DNA of 64,000 nucleotides from Candidatus Saccharimonadales bacterium (GCA_038317055.1 JBBQBA010000001.1:24153-88152), one strand, 5' to 3'; shown: positions 1 through 9,675, counted from the stretch's first letter. The notes: generated by a model not told the origin, from the letters alone. Numbers and translations: made by a program.

Positions 1-23
1 CTAACTCAAATATCTAATCAGTA

Positions 24-500
24 CTATTTTGAGGTGGTACCTGATACGTTCGTATATTCAATAACTCTATTTAGTGATGGTCTGTACAGTACAGCACGTT
101 TTGCCTGCGTATAAATTAAAACCTTGTCACCGTTCATTGCATCTGCAAAAAATGGTTGGGTATTTAATTTAGCGGCATCACTAACTATTGCTACAGATGG
201 TGTCTCTCCGGATGGTAATTTAACTAATTTACCAACTTGATCTACTAATTGCTGTGTACTACTTGTAGCTGCAGCTTGTGGGTTATTGTGTAGTAACTTT
301 ATTTGTTTTTCGACCTGGTTATACTTATATATTGAGAACGCTGTCACACCAGCAAGCAATACAAAAATGATTATAATAATAAGTTTGAGGTTTGAAAAAC
401 TAACTCTTTTACTTCGTTTTTGTACTGGTTTAAGTTGTTGTGTGGGTTGTGGAATATGTACACCATCAACTGACTTAGACTGCTTAACTGGACTATCCAT
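24..500 (-). CDS. hypothetical N-terminally anchored membrane protein
   Basis: 158-aa ORF. A basic N-terminus is followed by one hydrophobic helix (LKLIIIIIFVLLAGVTAFSIY). No catalytic motif recognised. Confidence 0.45.
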   Translation of the reverse strand: MDSPVKQSKSVDGVHIPQPTQQLKPVQKRSKRVSFSNLKLIIIIIFVLLAGVTAFSIYKYNQVEKQIKLLHNNPQAAATSSTQQLVDQVGKLVKLPSGETPSVAIVSDAAKLNTQPFFADAMNGDKVLIYTQAKRAVLYRPSLNRVIEYTNVSGTTSK

Positions 501-591
501 ATTTAATTTCTCCCAAAATTTTTGGACTACTGTTAATGCTTATTTTATAGATAAGATTATCAATATGCAAGGAGTTAAAATGTATCAATAA

Positions 592-3552
592 CTACTGGGT
601 TGGTACTTGGAAAGTTTGTGCATTTTGAATATCTAGAGCAGTCCAAGAGAAGTTTTCGTCTAGGGTAGCTGGTTTAGGAATAACAATTGTGAAACCTTGA
701 GAATTTAGATTCGTATATGAATATTGATTAAATTGACCATCGCTACTGGATACTGTAACTACGGGTGAGTTTACATATGCTTTAGTAAAGTTAACCTGTA
801 CTTTAGTTTGTCCTGCGTGAATTACTGCAAAACCAGCAGTATCATTATTGAAAGTTGTCCTACCGTTAAACGTAACGTCATTATTAAATACTGTTTTGTC
901 TATAAAAGTTGCCAGTTTATAGAAAGTACTTTGTCCGTAAAAATCTGCTGGACCGGCGACTCTTAATCCTCCATTAGCAAATAATGTACCTGCCACGCTA
1001 AGATCTGTGTTGGACGTATTACCGGTGAAATTGAATCCATTTTGAACAAATACTTCAATCTGTCCAACTCCAGCACCATTAAATGCTTCTAGGGCTCTAC
1101 CTATATATGGACTATTTGGTCCAGCCTTCATAGCTACACCCGGACTAGATGATGCGGTCAGAAAATCACCGATAGAAATTGGACCGTTCTCAGTAGAAAC
1201 ATTTGTAGGAACACGACCAGCCAAAGCAACCGGCTTAGGATTTACTAAATTGGTTGATCGGTCAGTTTCTGAAATACCAGTTAGCTCAACACCAGGAGAA
1301 GTCGAAATTATACCTAGTTGAGGATTACTACTCCCCGCTACAGCTTTTACAATTGAATAGATCGAACCAGTCGAACTTAATGCAACCACATCTCCTGGTA
1401 ATAAGTCATTATTAACATCTGTGTAGTTTTCGGCTACGTCAGTTGAGCCTGTTGAATATGCTTGAGCATAAAATTTTAATAAATTAGCTTGGCCAGATGT
1501 TGGTCCATTAATACAAATATGCCCAACCTGAGTTCCGCCAGTTCTTTTAATTATTAATCCTTCTGCTACTCCGGTAGCACAGTTAGTTGAACCAGAATCT
1601 TGGGGTATTTTTATTATTGAAGTGTTTCCGTTAGTTGCACTTCCCAAATCAATGGTACTACCATTATTTGTAACAATTGAGGTACCAGTACCTGCATTTA
1701 TATTTATTCCTACTCCTGATGTTAATGAAGTACCGTTAATTTGTAATATTCCACCGGTTGCTGTTGTAGCTGAATTATCAGTTAATACTACTAGTCCACC
1801 TGTAGATAAGCTAGAACTAGTGGAGCTTATATTCAACCCCGCACCAGTAGTTAGTGAGTTTGCTGTTACATTAATTCCATAACCTGTAGTGCTACCTACA
1901 ATATCACTTAGTCCTACTCCTGATGTTAATGCCGTCCCACTTATTTGAATCAATCCACCAGTAGCTGTTGTAGCTGAATTATCAGTGGCATTAACTAAAG
2001 CTCCCGATGAGAGCGCAGAACTAGATGAGTTAAAATATCCGAGATTTCCTGTAGTAAGCGAAGCATTTAATATTTCAGTTCCGAAACCGCTCGTTAAGTC
2101 TGCTACATATATTAAATTAACAGCTCCCGTAGTTACGTGTGGTGCATCAATAAGTGAAATTGAACCAAAAAATCCAGCCACGTTAGTGGCATTTAGAGCA
2201 TTTACCTGAAATACTGAATAAGGAGAGGTTAGACTTGATGACGCTGCAGTGATTTGGTTAATCGTATCGACTGCTAATACTCTTCCAGTTCCAGCAGCGT
2301 TAACTACAGTTAGTGCTGAATTTGAGTCGGTAGTATTTTGTAAAGAAAGTGGCGTAATAATATTTCCACCTATACTTATTTGTCCTTCACTATAACCATT
2401 TATATCTATTGCAGTAGTAGCCAGCACGACTGAATCAATCCACATTGTATTTGTAGATTGAACGGAGTTACCAATAAATAATGTGTTTGTTGACGTCGGT
2501 GCGCCTCCACCAGAACCAGTCGTAAATGTACATGTATGATTTGTCCATCCACCAGTTACTGGCATATTTACTGCTGTACATGAGCTTAAGGTACCTGACG
2601 TTGAATTTGTACTAGAATATTTAACCAGACCAGTTGTTAATGTTCCTGAACTAAGTTTATCTACCCAAGAAACGGTATATGTAGTACTAGCACTTAATGT
2701 AGTTGGAATTAATACTTTTGCAGAATCTGCTATTCCGTTTGTAGCCGTCCCATTGTTTGAAATAATTTTTAACGAAGAAGCTCCCTGGTAGGACGTAGTT
2801 GAATCTATTGCTATTGAACCTGGAGTACCATTATAAGTCCAAGCCCCCGGCAATGATGTTTCAAAATCACCGTCTGCGACCAAATTTCCCGTCCCTGTAT
2901 TTGTACTATTATCAACATTTAATATATTTGTACCAGCCACGTTTTGTATAGCGACTGCGTTTGTTGCATTAGTAGCAGGATTAAATAAATTAGTTCCTGT
3001 GAAAGTATTATTTGTTGCAAGTTGGGTATATGAAGCAGCTGCAGTACCACCCAGATTATTTGCATTATCAGCGTTCATTGCATACGGAGTAGAAGTAAGA
3101 AGAATATAAGGACTCATTTCTCCATCTCCACCACAGTTAGCTGTAAAGTTACCGGCCGGTGTACACGAAGAAGTACTGCCTATTTGAATAGATAAATATA
3201 GTGGATTGCTATTCCAATTAACACTACTAAGTAGTGCTGTATTGACAGCCCCTAAATTAACCTGAAAAGTACCACCATTGAAAGTGACTCCTTGTGAGGC
3301 ACTAACTAGTTCATCTTCAGTCCAATTTAGTGTTCCTCCACCAGTATTGCTACCACCTGAATATATCTTAAACTCCATATTGTATGTACCATTGGTTATA
3401 TTAACTCCACTAGAATTGACTATTTTGCCCTCAAAACTTATCTGTGAATTTATACCAGTTGTCGCATATGTATGACTATTAATAAAGAGAAATGAACATA
3501 TAACAAATACTATAAATCCAAAAAACGACAGTACTCTGTTTTTGTTACACAT
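592..3552 (-). CDS. large secreted modular fibre/adhesin-like protein (CBM4_9-like module, repeat region, C-terminal peptidase-G2/tail-fibre intramolecular-chaperone-like region)
   Basis: 986-aa ORF with a signal peptide (FFGFIVFVICSFLFINSHTYA). The N-terminal module (ISFEGKIVNSSG..GTYNMEFKIY..WTE) resembles those of tail-fibre-like surface proteins. A NLVADGDFE..W..WIDSVVLA segment is typical of CBM4_9. There is an internal ~68-aa duplication (DNSATTATGG(L/I)(I/L)QI). The C-terminal DVAENY..PGDVV..ALAGRVPTNV..IGDFLTASSSPGVAMKA pattern resembles autoproteolytic fibre-chaperone domains. Confidence 0.75.
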   Translation of the reverse strand: MCNKNRVLSFFGFIVFVICSFLFINSHTYATTGINSQISFEGKIVNSSGVNITNGTYNMEFKIYSGGSNTGGGTLNWTEDELVSASQGVTFNGGTFQVNLGAVNTALLSSVNWNSNPLYLSIQIGSTSSCTPAGNFTANCGGDGEMSPYILLTSTPYAMNADNANNLGGTAAASYTQLATNNTFTGTNLFNPATNATNAVAIQNVAGTNILNVDNSTNTGTGNLVADGDFETSLPGAWTYNGTPGSIAIDSTTSYQGASSLKIISNNGTATNGIADSAKVLIPTTLSASTTYTVSWVDKLSSGTLTTGLVKYSSTNSTSGTLSSCTAVNMPVTGGWTNHTCTFTTGSGGGAPTSTNTLFIGNSVQSTNTMWIDSVVLATTAIDINGYSEGQISIGGNIITPLSLQNTTDSNSALTVVNAAGTGRVLAVDTINQITAASSSLTSPYSVFQVNALNATNVAGFFGSISLIDAPHVTTGAVNLIYVADLTSGFGTEILNASLTTGNLGYFNSSSSALSSGALVNATDNSATTATGGLIQISGTALTSGVGLSDIVGSTTGYGINVTANSLTTGAGLNISSTSSSLSTGGLVVLTDNSATTATGGILQINGTSLTSGVGININAGTGTSIVTNNGSTIDLGSATNGNTSIIKIPQDSGSTNCATGVAEGLIIKRTGGTQVGHICINGPTSGQANLLKFYAQAYSTGSTDVAENYTDVNNDLLPGDVVALSSTGSIYSIVKAVAGSSNPQLGIISTSPGVELTGISETDRSTNLVNPKPVALAGRVPTNVSTENGPISIGDFLTASSSPGVAMKAGPNSPYIGRALEAFNGAGVGQIEVFVQNGFNFTGNTSNTDLSVAGTLFANGGLRVAGPADFYGQSTFYKLATFIDKTVFNNDVTFNGRTTFNNDTAGFAVIHAGQTKVQVNFTKAYVNSPVVTVSSSDGQFNQYSYTNLNSQGFTIVIPKPATLDENFSWTALDIQNAQTFQVPTQ
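1708..2004 (-). repeat. in-frame internal duplication inside the 986-aa fibre gene (two ~90-nt units offset by 204 nt)
   Basis: tcctactcctgatgttaatg occurs at 1708 and 1912. gctgttgtagctgaattatcagt occurs at 1760 and 1964. Both encode DNSATTATGG..TSGVG modules. Confidence 0.8.
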
Positions 3553-3607
3553 ATTTACTAATATATTATAACATCCATAAGCGTTATAACGTAGAAGCTA
3601 ATGGTTA

Positions 3608-4540
3608 TTATTTTGCTCGGTAATATCTATCAGGTATAAATATTCTTAATATAAGAACAAGCATTATAATTAACAACACGGTGGTTAGCGTAATTATTGG
3701 CCAGCCAATATATAAAAATTTTTTTTGATACACAAAATAACCAACCATACCATCGTGGCGATAGAAAAATTTCAATGTATAGTGCCCTGGCCAAAAATGT
3801 GATTTTATACTATTTATCGGGAAATTAAATAATCTACTTGATCCGGGCAAAATTAGATTTGAAGTTGTGTTAATTTGCGACTGAGATACTACTTTATTTT
3901 GTGAATTAAGGATTTGTAAATTACCTCTGGGTATAGTCTGTGTATTACCAGTATTTTGCAGTACCACATTTACACTGCTTGGAAAAGTTGCGAATGAGGA
4001 ATCAAAAGCTAATGACTGAATACCTAGAGTTTGGGAGCCACCACCCGAGGTAGTTAAAAATATTAAGCTAGAAACTGCCTGACTAATACTGACGTTGTTT
4101 ACGCCTTTTTGATTTGAGCCAATAACTTTATAAATGATTGCACCATAATGGCCTCCAGGCGATAGTTGGTCAGCGTTATAGATTGTAATTGGAACTGTCT
4201 GACTTTGATGTGGAATTAATGCAATTTGATTAACACCTATGCTAATAAAATTGGCTAGTCCATGCTTATTAAAGTCAGATTGTCCGGAGTCTATAAAACT
4301 TACTGATCCAGTTTGATTTAATGAAGTAAAATCTAGCGCACTCACCTGAATAATAATTGGTTTTAAAGTGTTATTTGTGACGTTATTATGAAATGTGAGA
4401 GTAGATTGGTTTTTAGTCAGTTGAACTTGTTGTTCTGTAGGAGAAACTGTTATACCTTTTGGTGGGGTCACAGCATAAACCGTTCCAACAACCGACAATA
4501 AACTCAAAAATCCAAATAAAGATAAAATTAATCGTTTCAA
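3608..4540 (-). CDS. DUF916/DUF3324-like (CscA-like) cell-surface protein with signal peptide and C-terminal TM anchor
   Basis: 310 aa. It has a signal peptide (LFGFLSLLSVVGTVYA) and a GGHYGAIIY motif. The second half is beta-rich (VVLQNTGNTQTIPRGNLQILN..PGHYTL). The C-terminus is a TM helix plus basic tail (ILRIFIPDRYYRAK). The TTG start overlaps the upstream stop (TTGA). Confidence 0.6.
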   Translation of the reverse strand: MKRLILSLFGFLSLLSVVGTVYAVTPPKGITVSPTEQQVQLTKNQSTLTFHNNVTNNTLKPIIIQVSALDFTSLNQTGSVSFIDSGQSDFNKHGLANFISIGVNQIALIPHQSQTVPITIYNADQLSPGGHYGAIIYKVIGSNQKGVNNVSISQAVSSLIFLTTSGGGSQTLGIQSLAFDSSFATFPSSVNVVLQNTGNTQTIPRGNLQILNSQNKVVSQSQINTTSNLILPGSSRLFNFPINSIKSHFWPGHYTLKFFYRHDGMVGYFVYQKKFLYIGWPIITLTTVLLIIMLVLILRIFIPDRYYRAK

Positions 4541-5595
4541 TTTTTCTTCCTTAGTCGTTTAAATCGTCTCACTATAACTTTGGTAATCGAATATATACTA
4601 AATAAAATCAGTAATGTAAAAATAAGAACACCGATTAACATGAGCCACGGTATTACCCAAAAAGTAACAACGCCATTTACCGCAATATCTCTAGTTCCAT
4701 CGTTATATACAAGCACCAAATGTGCATAATATTTACCATATCGAAAACTTGAAATATTTGTAACATTCCACTTAAGTTGTTGAACAGGTTTTCCATTCTT
4801 GTCAGATACAATTTGGCCGTTTATTCTCTTTAAGCCGTAATAAGGAAAACCATTATTCCAAGATGCGTTAAACACTCTATTTGTATTTGGCAATACATTG
4901 CCTTGGCCACTGTTAATGTCTAGAGTATCAATAGTTTTACCGGTTAGCGTTCGACTTATATATATGTCACCTTTAGGTGCTGTAAATATTTTTCCATCGT
5001 TATGTACATTTACGCTAAATTTAGCAGGTAGATATTGAAAAATAGTTTTATTAACACTGAAGTCCTCGATACTTAATTTACGAGATTCACCTGGAACATG
5101 AGCATCAAGTAGTACCAAAATTGCATTTGCGCCTTTAACTTTATTAGTATTTACGGTTGTGTTTAGTACCGTCTTTGGAACAAATAAGACCGCATAATAA
5201 TAACCAAAAGCTGCAGTTTTAGGCACATTTATATTCATCACAACATTCTCCCAAACACCAGGTTGGGCAGTGAATGTAGTTTGAGAAAAATGCACCCAAG
5301 ATATAGAAGGGTCGCTAATTGGGGGATTATATATCTGTGCTTTACCACTAAGACCATCAGCACGAAATTCTTGCAGTTTTAGAGTAATATTTACCGGACT
5401 ACTACTATTATTTTGAACCTGAAGATTAGTTGTTGTAGACGTCCCTGGAGGGGTTGCTATATCTACTGTAACTGGGCTGGTTGTAATTATTGATCCTGCG
5501 TTATTTAACGCTGAAGCACTTGAGTTCAATATAAATAAACATCCAATTTGTAAGCCCAAAAACCAAATAAAGGTTTTTAATGTTATCCCATTCAT
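4537..5595 (-). CDS. DUF916/DUF3324-like (CscA-like) cell-surface protein, paralogue of 3608-4540
   Basis: 352 aa with a signal peptide. Motifs seen: TTSPVTVDI..NLQVQNNSSSPVNITLKLQEF, WVHFSQ, AFGYYYAVLFVP. The second Ig-like half reads FSVNVHNDGKIFTAPKGDIYI. The C-terminus is a TM helix plus basic tail (VRRFKRLRKKN). Confidence 0.65.
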   Translation of the reverse strand: MNGITLKTFIWFLGLQIGCLFILNSSASALNNAGSIITTSPVTVDIATPPGTSTTTNLQVQNNSSSPVNITLKLQEFRADGLSGKAQIYNPPISDPSISWVHFSQTTFTAQPGVWENVVMNINVPKTAAFGYYYAVLFVPKTVLNTTVNTNKVKGANAILVLLDAHVPGESRKLSIEDFSVNKTIFQYLPAKFSVNVHNDGKIFTAPKGDIYISRTLTGKTIDTLDINSGQGNVLPNTNRVFNASWNNGFPYYGLKRINGQIVSDKNGKPVQQLKWNVTNISSFRYGKYYAHLVLVYNDGTRDIAVNGVVTFWVIPWLMLIGVLIFTLLILFSIYSITKVIVRRFKRLRKKN

Positions 5596-5613
5596 ATATT
5601 AGGGATAAGTATA

Positions 5614-6669
5614 CTAGAAACTACCGGCACCAACCAAAGTAATGGTATCACTGTAATCTGTAGCTGCAGGTGTCAGAGCCGATATAGTTGAAAATTCTTT
5701 TACTGTAACTACCGCGCCGTTGGCAGTACCGTTTGAACTAGCGAGTTGACGTTCATTTGTATCTAGACCACTACCATTTCCAGATCCTGAGGATGCATAT
5801 GGTGTAGTTGCAGCGGTGGTTCCGGCGCCGCTCCCCTGTGTAATACCACCAGCCGGAAGTCCAGTAACATAACCTTCAGTTCCACTTGTTATAGTAGCGT
5901 TTGTTCCTGGGGTACGTGACGGTATTGTATAGCTTTGTGCAGTCGAATGTAGACCAGTGCTACTATCTGTTCCAAATAAGTACCAACCATTCTTGGCGTT
6001 CGTATTTACTGTTGCAGTAACACCGGTCGTTGTACCAACTGCTCCGCTTGATAAGTTAGCAGTAAATGCATCAGTGTTCGTGTTCAACGCTAATGTAAAT
6101 GAAGGTAGAACTGTAGCTGTAACTACTACTTGATCATTTGTAATAATATCTAACGCTATGTTGGCTGCAGCATCGGTACCAACTGTTAATACTGCTGCCT
6201 GGCCGCCTGTTGCGGAAGGGTTAGTTACTGCAGAAGTCGAAGTTAATACCTCACAATAAGATGTACTGGCTGTTAGAGCTGTTATTCCACTAAATGTAAT
6301 GGTTGCACCACTACCTGAAGCCGCCGGTGTTCCCGGTAAGTTACTGCTCGCACCTGTTATAGCTGTACAATTAGATGCTCCAAATGAATTCGATACTGTC
6401 TGAGTAGTATTTACAATACCCGCTGCACCACCTGTCCATCCGGTAAATGCTAGCGATAAAGCTGTACCAGTGTTACTGGATGAGGTTGTAAATTCAATTA
6501 TTACTGAGCTAGTACCGCTCGCATTCATATTAGTCAAGATTACTGATGGTTTGGTTAAGTAGGTGGTAGCGAAAACTTTTGGAAGAATTAATAGATTAGA
6601 TGCAACAATAACACTAAGTCCCACAATAATATGGGTCTTCTTGAATCTACCAGCAATACTTTTTAACAT
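5614..6669 (-). CDS. secreted S/T/G/A-rich surface protein with WxL-like C-terminal domain
   Basis: 351 aa with a signal peptide (VGLSVIVASNLLILPKVFA). VLPSFTLALNTN..NAKNGWYLFG resembles the first WxL motif region. The protein ends ..TPAATDYSDTITLVGAGSF directly before the stop. Confidence 0.55.
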   Translation of the reverse strand: MLKSIAGRFKKTHIIVGLSVIVASNLLILPKVFATTYLTKPSVILTNMNASGTSSVIIEFTTSSSNTGTALSLAFTGWTGGAAGIVNTTQTVSNSFGASNCTAITGASSNLPGTPAASGSGATITFSGITALTASTSYCEVLTSTSAVTNPSATGGQAAVLTVGTDAAANIALDIITNDQVVVTATVLPSFTLALNTNTDAFTANLSSGAVGTTTGVTATVNTNAKNGWYLFGTDSSTGLHSTAQSYTIPSRTPGTNATITSGTEGYVTGLPAGGITQGSGAGTTAATTPYASSGSGNGSGLDTNERQLASSNGTANGAVVTVKEFSTISALTPAATDYSDTITLVGAGSF

Positions 6670-6770
6670 CTTAATTCGTTGACTTTGTTTTTATTATTTA
6701 TTCTATCAAGCTTAAGTTTATTAGATTTAAGTATTTAATGCAAACTAATAAGCTAATGGTTATCTATAGC

Positions 6771-7802
6771 CTAAAAACTGGCAGCTGCGATAAAGGTAAG
6801 ATTTTCTAAATAATCTATACTTGCAGGAGTATTAGTAGATGCTATTGCCTGTAAGTTAGCATTTGCTGCACCACCATTTATAGCGGTGGTTGTCGTTAGA
6901 ATCTGTGACGGGACTGTTGTGTCTGCTCCAACAACATTGCTGCTACCATTGAATGGACTTACCAGAGTAAGTGGTCCCCCAGAAGTTTGACTCGCATTAG
7001 TTGCTTGTATTCCAAATCCCTCAGATTGTGGTGCTAAATTACCTGTAAAAGCCGGAATAGTATGGCTTTGAGTTGCACTTAATAGCCCTACATTAACGCC
7101 CGAAACGTAAACTGAACCACCGCTATTTGCATTTGTCGTGAACGCAAAAGTAAGGTTTCCGCTTGTTGATACTGTTCCGGGCAATAGATTTCCGATACTA
7201 ATAGAGTTTGGTGATACTGAAAATGTAGTTGATACACCGACTGTTGAAGCGGTTGCATAAGCTCCAAAGTTAGTATTGGTGAATTTACCTTGCATGGCTG
7301 CTACTTTAACTTCATAGGTGGTCGAGGGCGTCAGTCCAGTTATAAAGGAACCACTTCCACCTCCCCATGCAGTATAGGTTTGATATACCTGAGTACTGTT
7401 TATTGATCCATCAGCTTGTACATAACCAAGGGTTGTTGAAAAATTATTAGTTGAAACTGCGATTGCAAACGTGGAATCCGTAGGATTACCTCCTGTTGCG
7501 ATAATAAAATTTAGTTGGTTGTAATATGTTCCGGAACCGTTACTTAGCGTCGGAGCCGGAGGTATATTGAGTTGTTCTGTTTGTATTGAGCCATTATTAG
7601 CCGTTTTTGTAGAACCAGATGTAACTCCATTTGCTTGCTCACCGGCACTACCCTGAAGGCTATAAGTTGTCGATGATGAATTATTTGTAGCGCCAGGTCC
7701 AATGCTATAGGACTGTAGATTATAAGATGTACCGTGTGAAAAAGTCGCAAAAAATATCGACAACAAAGATAACCCAAGTATTGCGAAATTATTGATCAAC
7801 AT
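6771..7802 (-). CDS. secreted surface protein, FN3-like module plus WxL-like C-terminal domain
   Basis: 343 aa with a signal peptide. The FN3-like segment reads PPAPTLSNGSG..GLTPSTTYEVKVAA. The C-terminal half (TFSVSPNSISIG..) ends ..TPASIDYLENLTFIAAASF, parallel to the neighbouring gene. Confidence 0.55.
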   Translation of the reverse strand: MLINNFAILGLSLLSIFFATFSHGTSYNLQSYSIGPGATNNSSSTTYSLQGSAGEQANGVTSGSTKTANNGSIQTEQLNIPPAPTLSNGSGTYYNQLNFIIATGGNPTDSTFAIAVSTNNFSTTLGYVQADGSINSTQVYQTYTAWGGGSGSFITGLTPSTTYEVKVAAMQGKFTNTNFGAYATASTVGVSTTFSVSPNSISIGNLLPGTVSTSGNLTFAFTTNANSGGSVYVSGVNVGLLSATQSHTIPAFTGNLAPQSEGFGIQATNASQTSGGPLTLVSPFNGSSNVVGADTTVPSQILTTTTAINGGAANANLQAIASTNTPASIDYLENLTFIAAASF

Positions 7803-7843
7803 ATAGGGATAATTGTATTAAGGTGTCGCACTATTAGCAAATT

Positions 7844-8437
7844 CTAACCCGACCGCCATTGCCAGGATGATACTATCATATTCAAAGTTTTATCTAAGTT
7901 AGTATTGCCATTTAAGTCATCCCCAGTTAACGATATACTGGCCTGATACGGCCCATGTACTAGAAAAACCACTTTGCTATACTCTCCGACAGATTTATCA
8001 GTCATAACAACACCTGAATTATTATTTAGATCTAGATTAGATTGTTGATATTTTGTTGGATTAATTTTTCTTACTTGATAACCAGAATTACTATTTAATT
8101 GTCCATTTGGGATATTTAGAACTTCAATTGCTAAGCTCCATGTCACAACATCTCGATAAGTGAAGTTAACTTTATCTACAGAAGGAAAAACTAATGTTGA
8201 AGTAGAACCAGTAACTAGACTACTAGGATAATTAAAACTAATAAATTTATCACTATACTGAACAGGTTTACTTACAAATGTTGATTGGTTTGATTTAATA
8301 GTATAGCTTGATGACAAAGTTCCATGATTAGTTGAATTGACCCTTGATATAGTGACTAATACTAAAATCAAAATAATAATTGCAATAACTGAAGTAATTA
8401 AAACTTTTTTCTTTCTTTTCAATATAGCTTTTTTCAT
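7844..8437 (-). CDS. hypothetical N-terminally anchored extracytoplasmic protein (first gene of the surface locus)
   Basis: 197 aa. A basic N-terminus precedes a TM helix (VLITSVIAIIILILVLVTI). It is co-directional with and 41 nt upstream of the next gene. Confidence 0.45.
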   Translation of the reverse strand: MKKAILKRKKKVLITSVIAIIILILVLVTISRVNSTNHGTLSSSYTIKSNQSTFVSKPVQYSDKFISFNYPSSLVTGSTSTLVFPSVDKVNFTYRDVVTWSLAIEVLNIPNGQLNSNSGYQVRKINPTKYQQSNLDLNNNSGVVMTDKSVGEYSKVVFLVHGPYQASISLTGDDLNGNTNLDKTLNMIVSSWQWRSG

Positions 8438-8541
8438 ACTAACTTCATATTACAATGAATTTTGCATTTTAAGCCTAAGCTTTTTTAATTAGCTATCTGT
8501 GTGGTCATGTTATAATTTTCTCTGATATATAAAAATAAAAA

Positions 8542-9675
8542 ATGTCCAAGAAAAAATCTAGAACTTCAACGAGTAAGTTTCATAAAAGAACCTTTACTAA
8601 TATAGGGGTCAATTCAAAAGTCTCAAAAAAACCTAAGAGAAAACTTATTAAGCATAAAGTTCGCCGAAGTCAGCCAGTACACAAAAGATTTATACTTCAT
8701 CCAGCAACTCTTTTAATACTTTTGGGCATTTTAGTATTGTTATCTGGGTGGACTTATAAGGCAGTGGCAGATAGTTTTACGGTTTCTGCCAGAATTAACG
8801 CTCCGCCACTTAGTGACGGTGCTACTATTACTTCACCTCTTCAAAATAGTACATCTACTGTTAGTGACATATCAGTCAGCGGAATATGTCCAGACAATTC
8901 ATACGTAAAACTATATGACAATGGATTATTTAGCGGTGTTGCGATATGTTCTTCAAATACATTTCAGATAAGTATAAGTTTATTCGCAGGTTCAAATATA
9001 CTTCAAGCTCAAGATTTCAACATAACGGACCAAGCAGGTCCAGTAACGGCAAGTGTGACCGTGTATTTTACAGCTCCTACTCCTACACCTAACCCTAGTC
9101 CTACACCACCTCCACCTGGAACTACAAATCCAACATCTCCCGTAACACCCAGCCCCTTAATTGCAGTCACTGATTTTCATTATCAAACTTTTGAAGTAGG
9201 TAAAGACTACAGTGCTCAAATTCAACTTGAGGGTGGGACAGCTCCATATATTCTTAATATTAACTGGGGCGATGGTTCTTCTGAAACATTAACAACTAAT
9301 GATCCGTCAACATTAACAATTAATCATATATATAAGTCACAAGGTTATTATGTGATTATTATTAAAGTAACGGATGCCAAGCATCAAGTGCGAACAATTC
9401 AGTTAGCAGCATTGATTAAGTTCCCAGGCAGCATCGGCATATTCTCAAATACTTCTAGAGGCTCAAACAATATTTTTAAAACTATAAATATCCCCCCACC
9501 AAATATATTTACACTATATAAAAACTGGCTATGGATAGCATGGCCATCACTATTAATAGTTTTATTAATGGCTATTAGTTTTTGGCTAGGTGAGCGTCAG
9601 GAATATCAAAATATTATAAATAAATATAGCTTGTCTAACAAACGAGGATATAAAAATCAAAAAAGACGTGCATAA
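8542..9675 (+). CDS. membrane protein with Ig-like and PKD-like domains, N- and C-terminal TM segments
   Basis: 377 aa. It has a very basic N-terminal tail and a TM helix (LLILLGILVLLSGW). A Pro-rich linker (PTPTPNPSPTPPPPG) follows. The PKD-like motif is INWGDGSSE..HIYKSQGYYVIIIKVTD. There is a C-terminal TM helix. Confidence 0.6.
   Translation: MSKKKSRTSTSKFHKRTFTNIGVNSKVSKKPKRKLIKHKVRRSQPVHKRFILHPATLLILLGILVLLSGWTYKAVADSFTVSARINAPPLSDGATITSPLQNSTSTVSDISVSGICPDNSYVKLYDNGLFSGVAICSSNTFQISISLFAGSNILQAQDFNITDQAGPVTASVTVYFTAPTPTPNPSPTPPPPGTTNPTSPVTPSPLIAVTDFHYQTFEVGKDYSAQIQLEGGTAPYILNINWGDGSSETLTTNDPSTLTINHIYKSQGYYVIIIKVTDAKHQVRTIQLAALIKFPGSIGIFSNTSRGSNNIFKTINIPPPNIFTLYKNWLWIAWPSLLIVLLMAISFWLGERQEYQNIINKYSLSNKRGYKNQKRRA

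Noticed and set aside
286-591. 101-aa plus-strand ORF bridging the first two genes
   Set aside because: It overlaps the 24-500 minus-strand gene for most of its length. It is Cys/Leu/Phe-rich with no start context, so it is likely spurious.
1622-3475. Plus-strand ORFs 1622-1882, 1985-2209 and 3278-3475, and similar ones elsewhere inside long genes (e.g. 7544-7777, 9766-9969, 11302-11544, 12203-12539, 21258-21968, 61388-62293)
   Set aside because: All are nested in, or antisense to, much longer ORFs with recognisable domains. Their products are low-complexity mirror images of the S/T/G-rich or hydrophobic coding strand.
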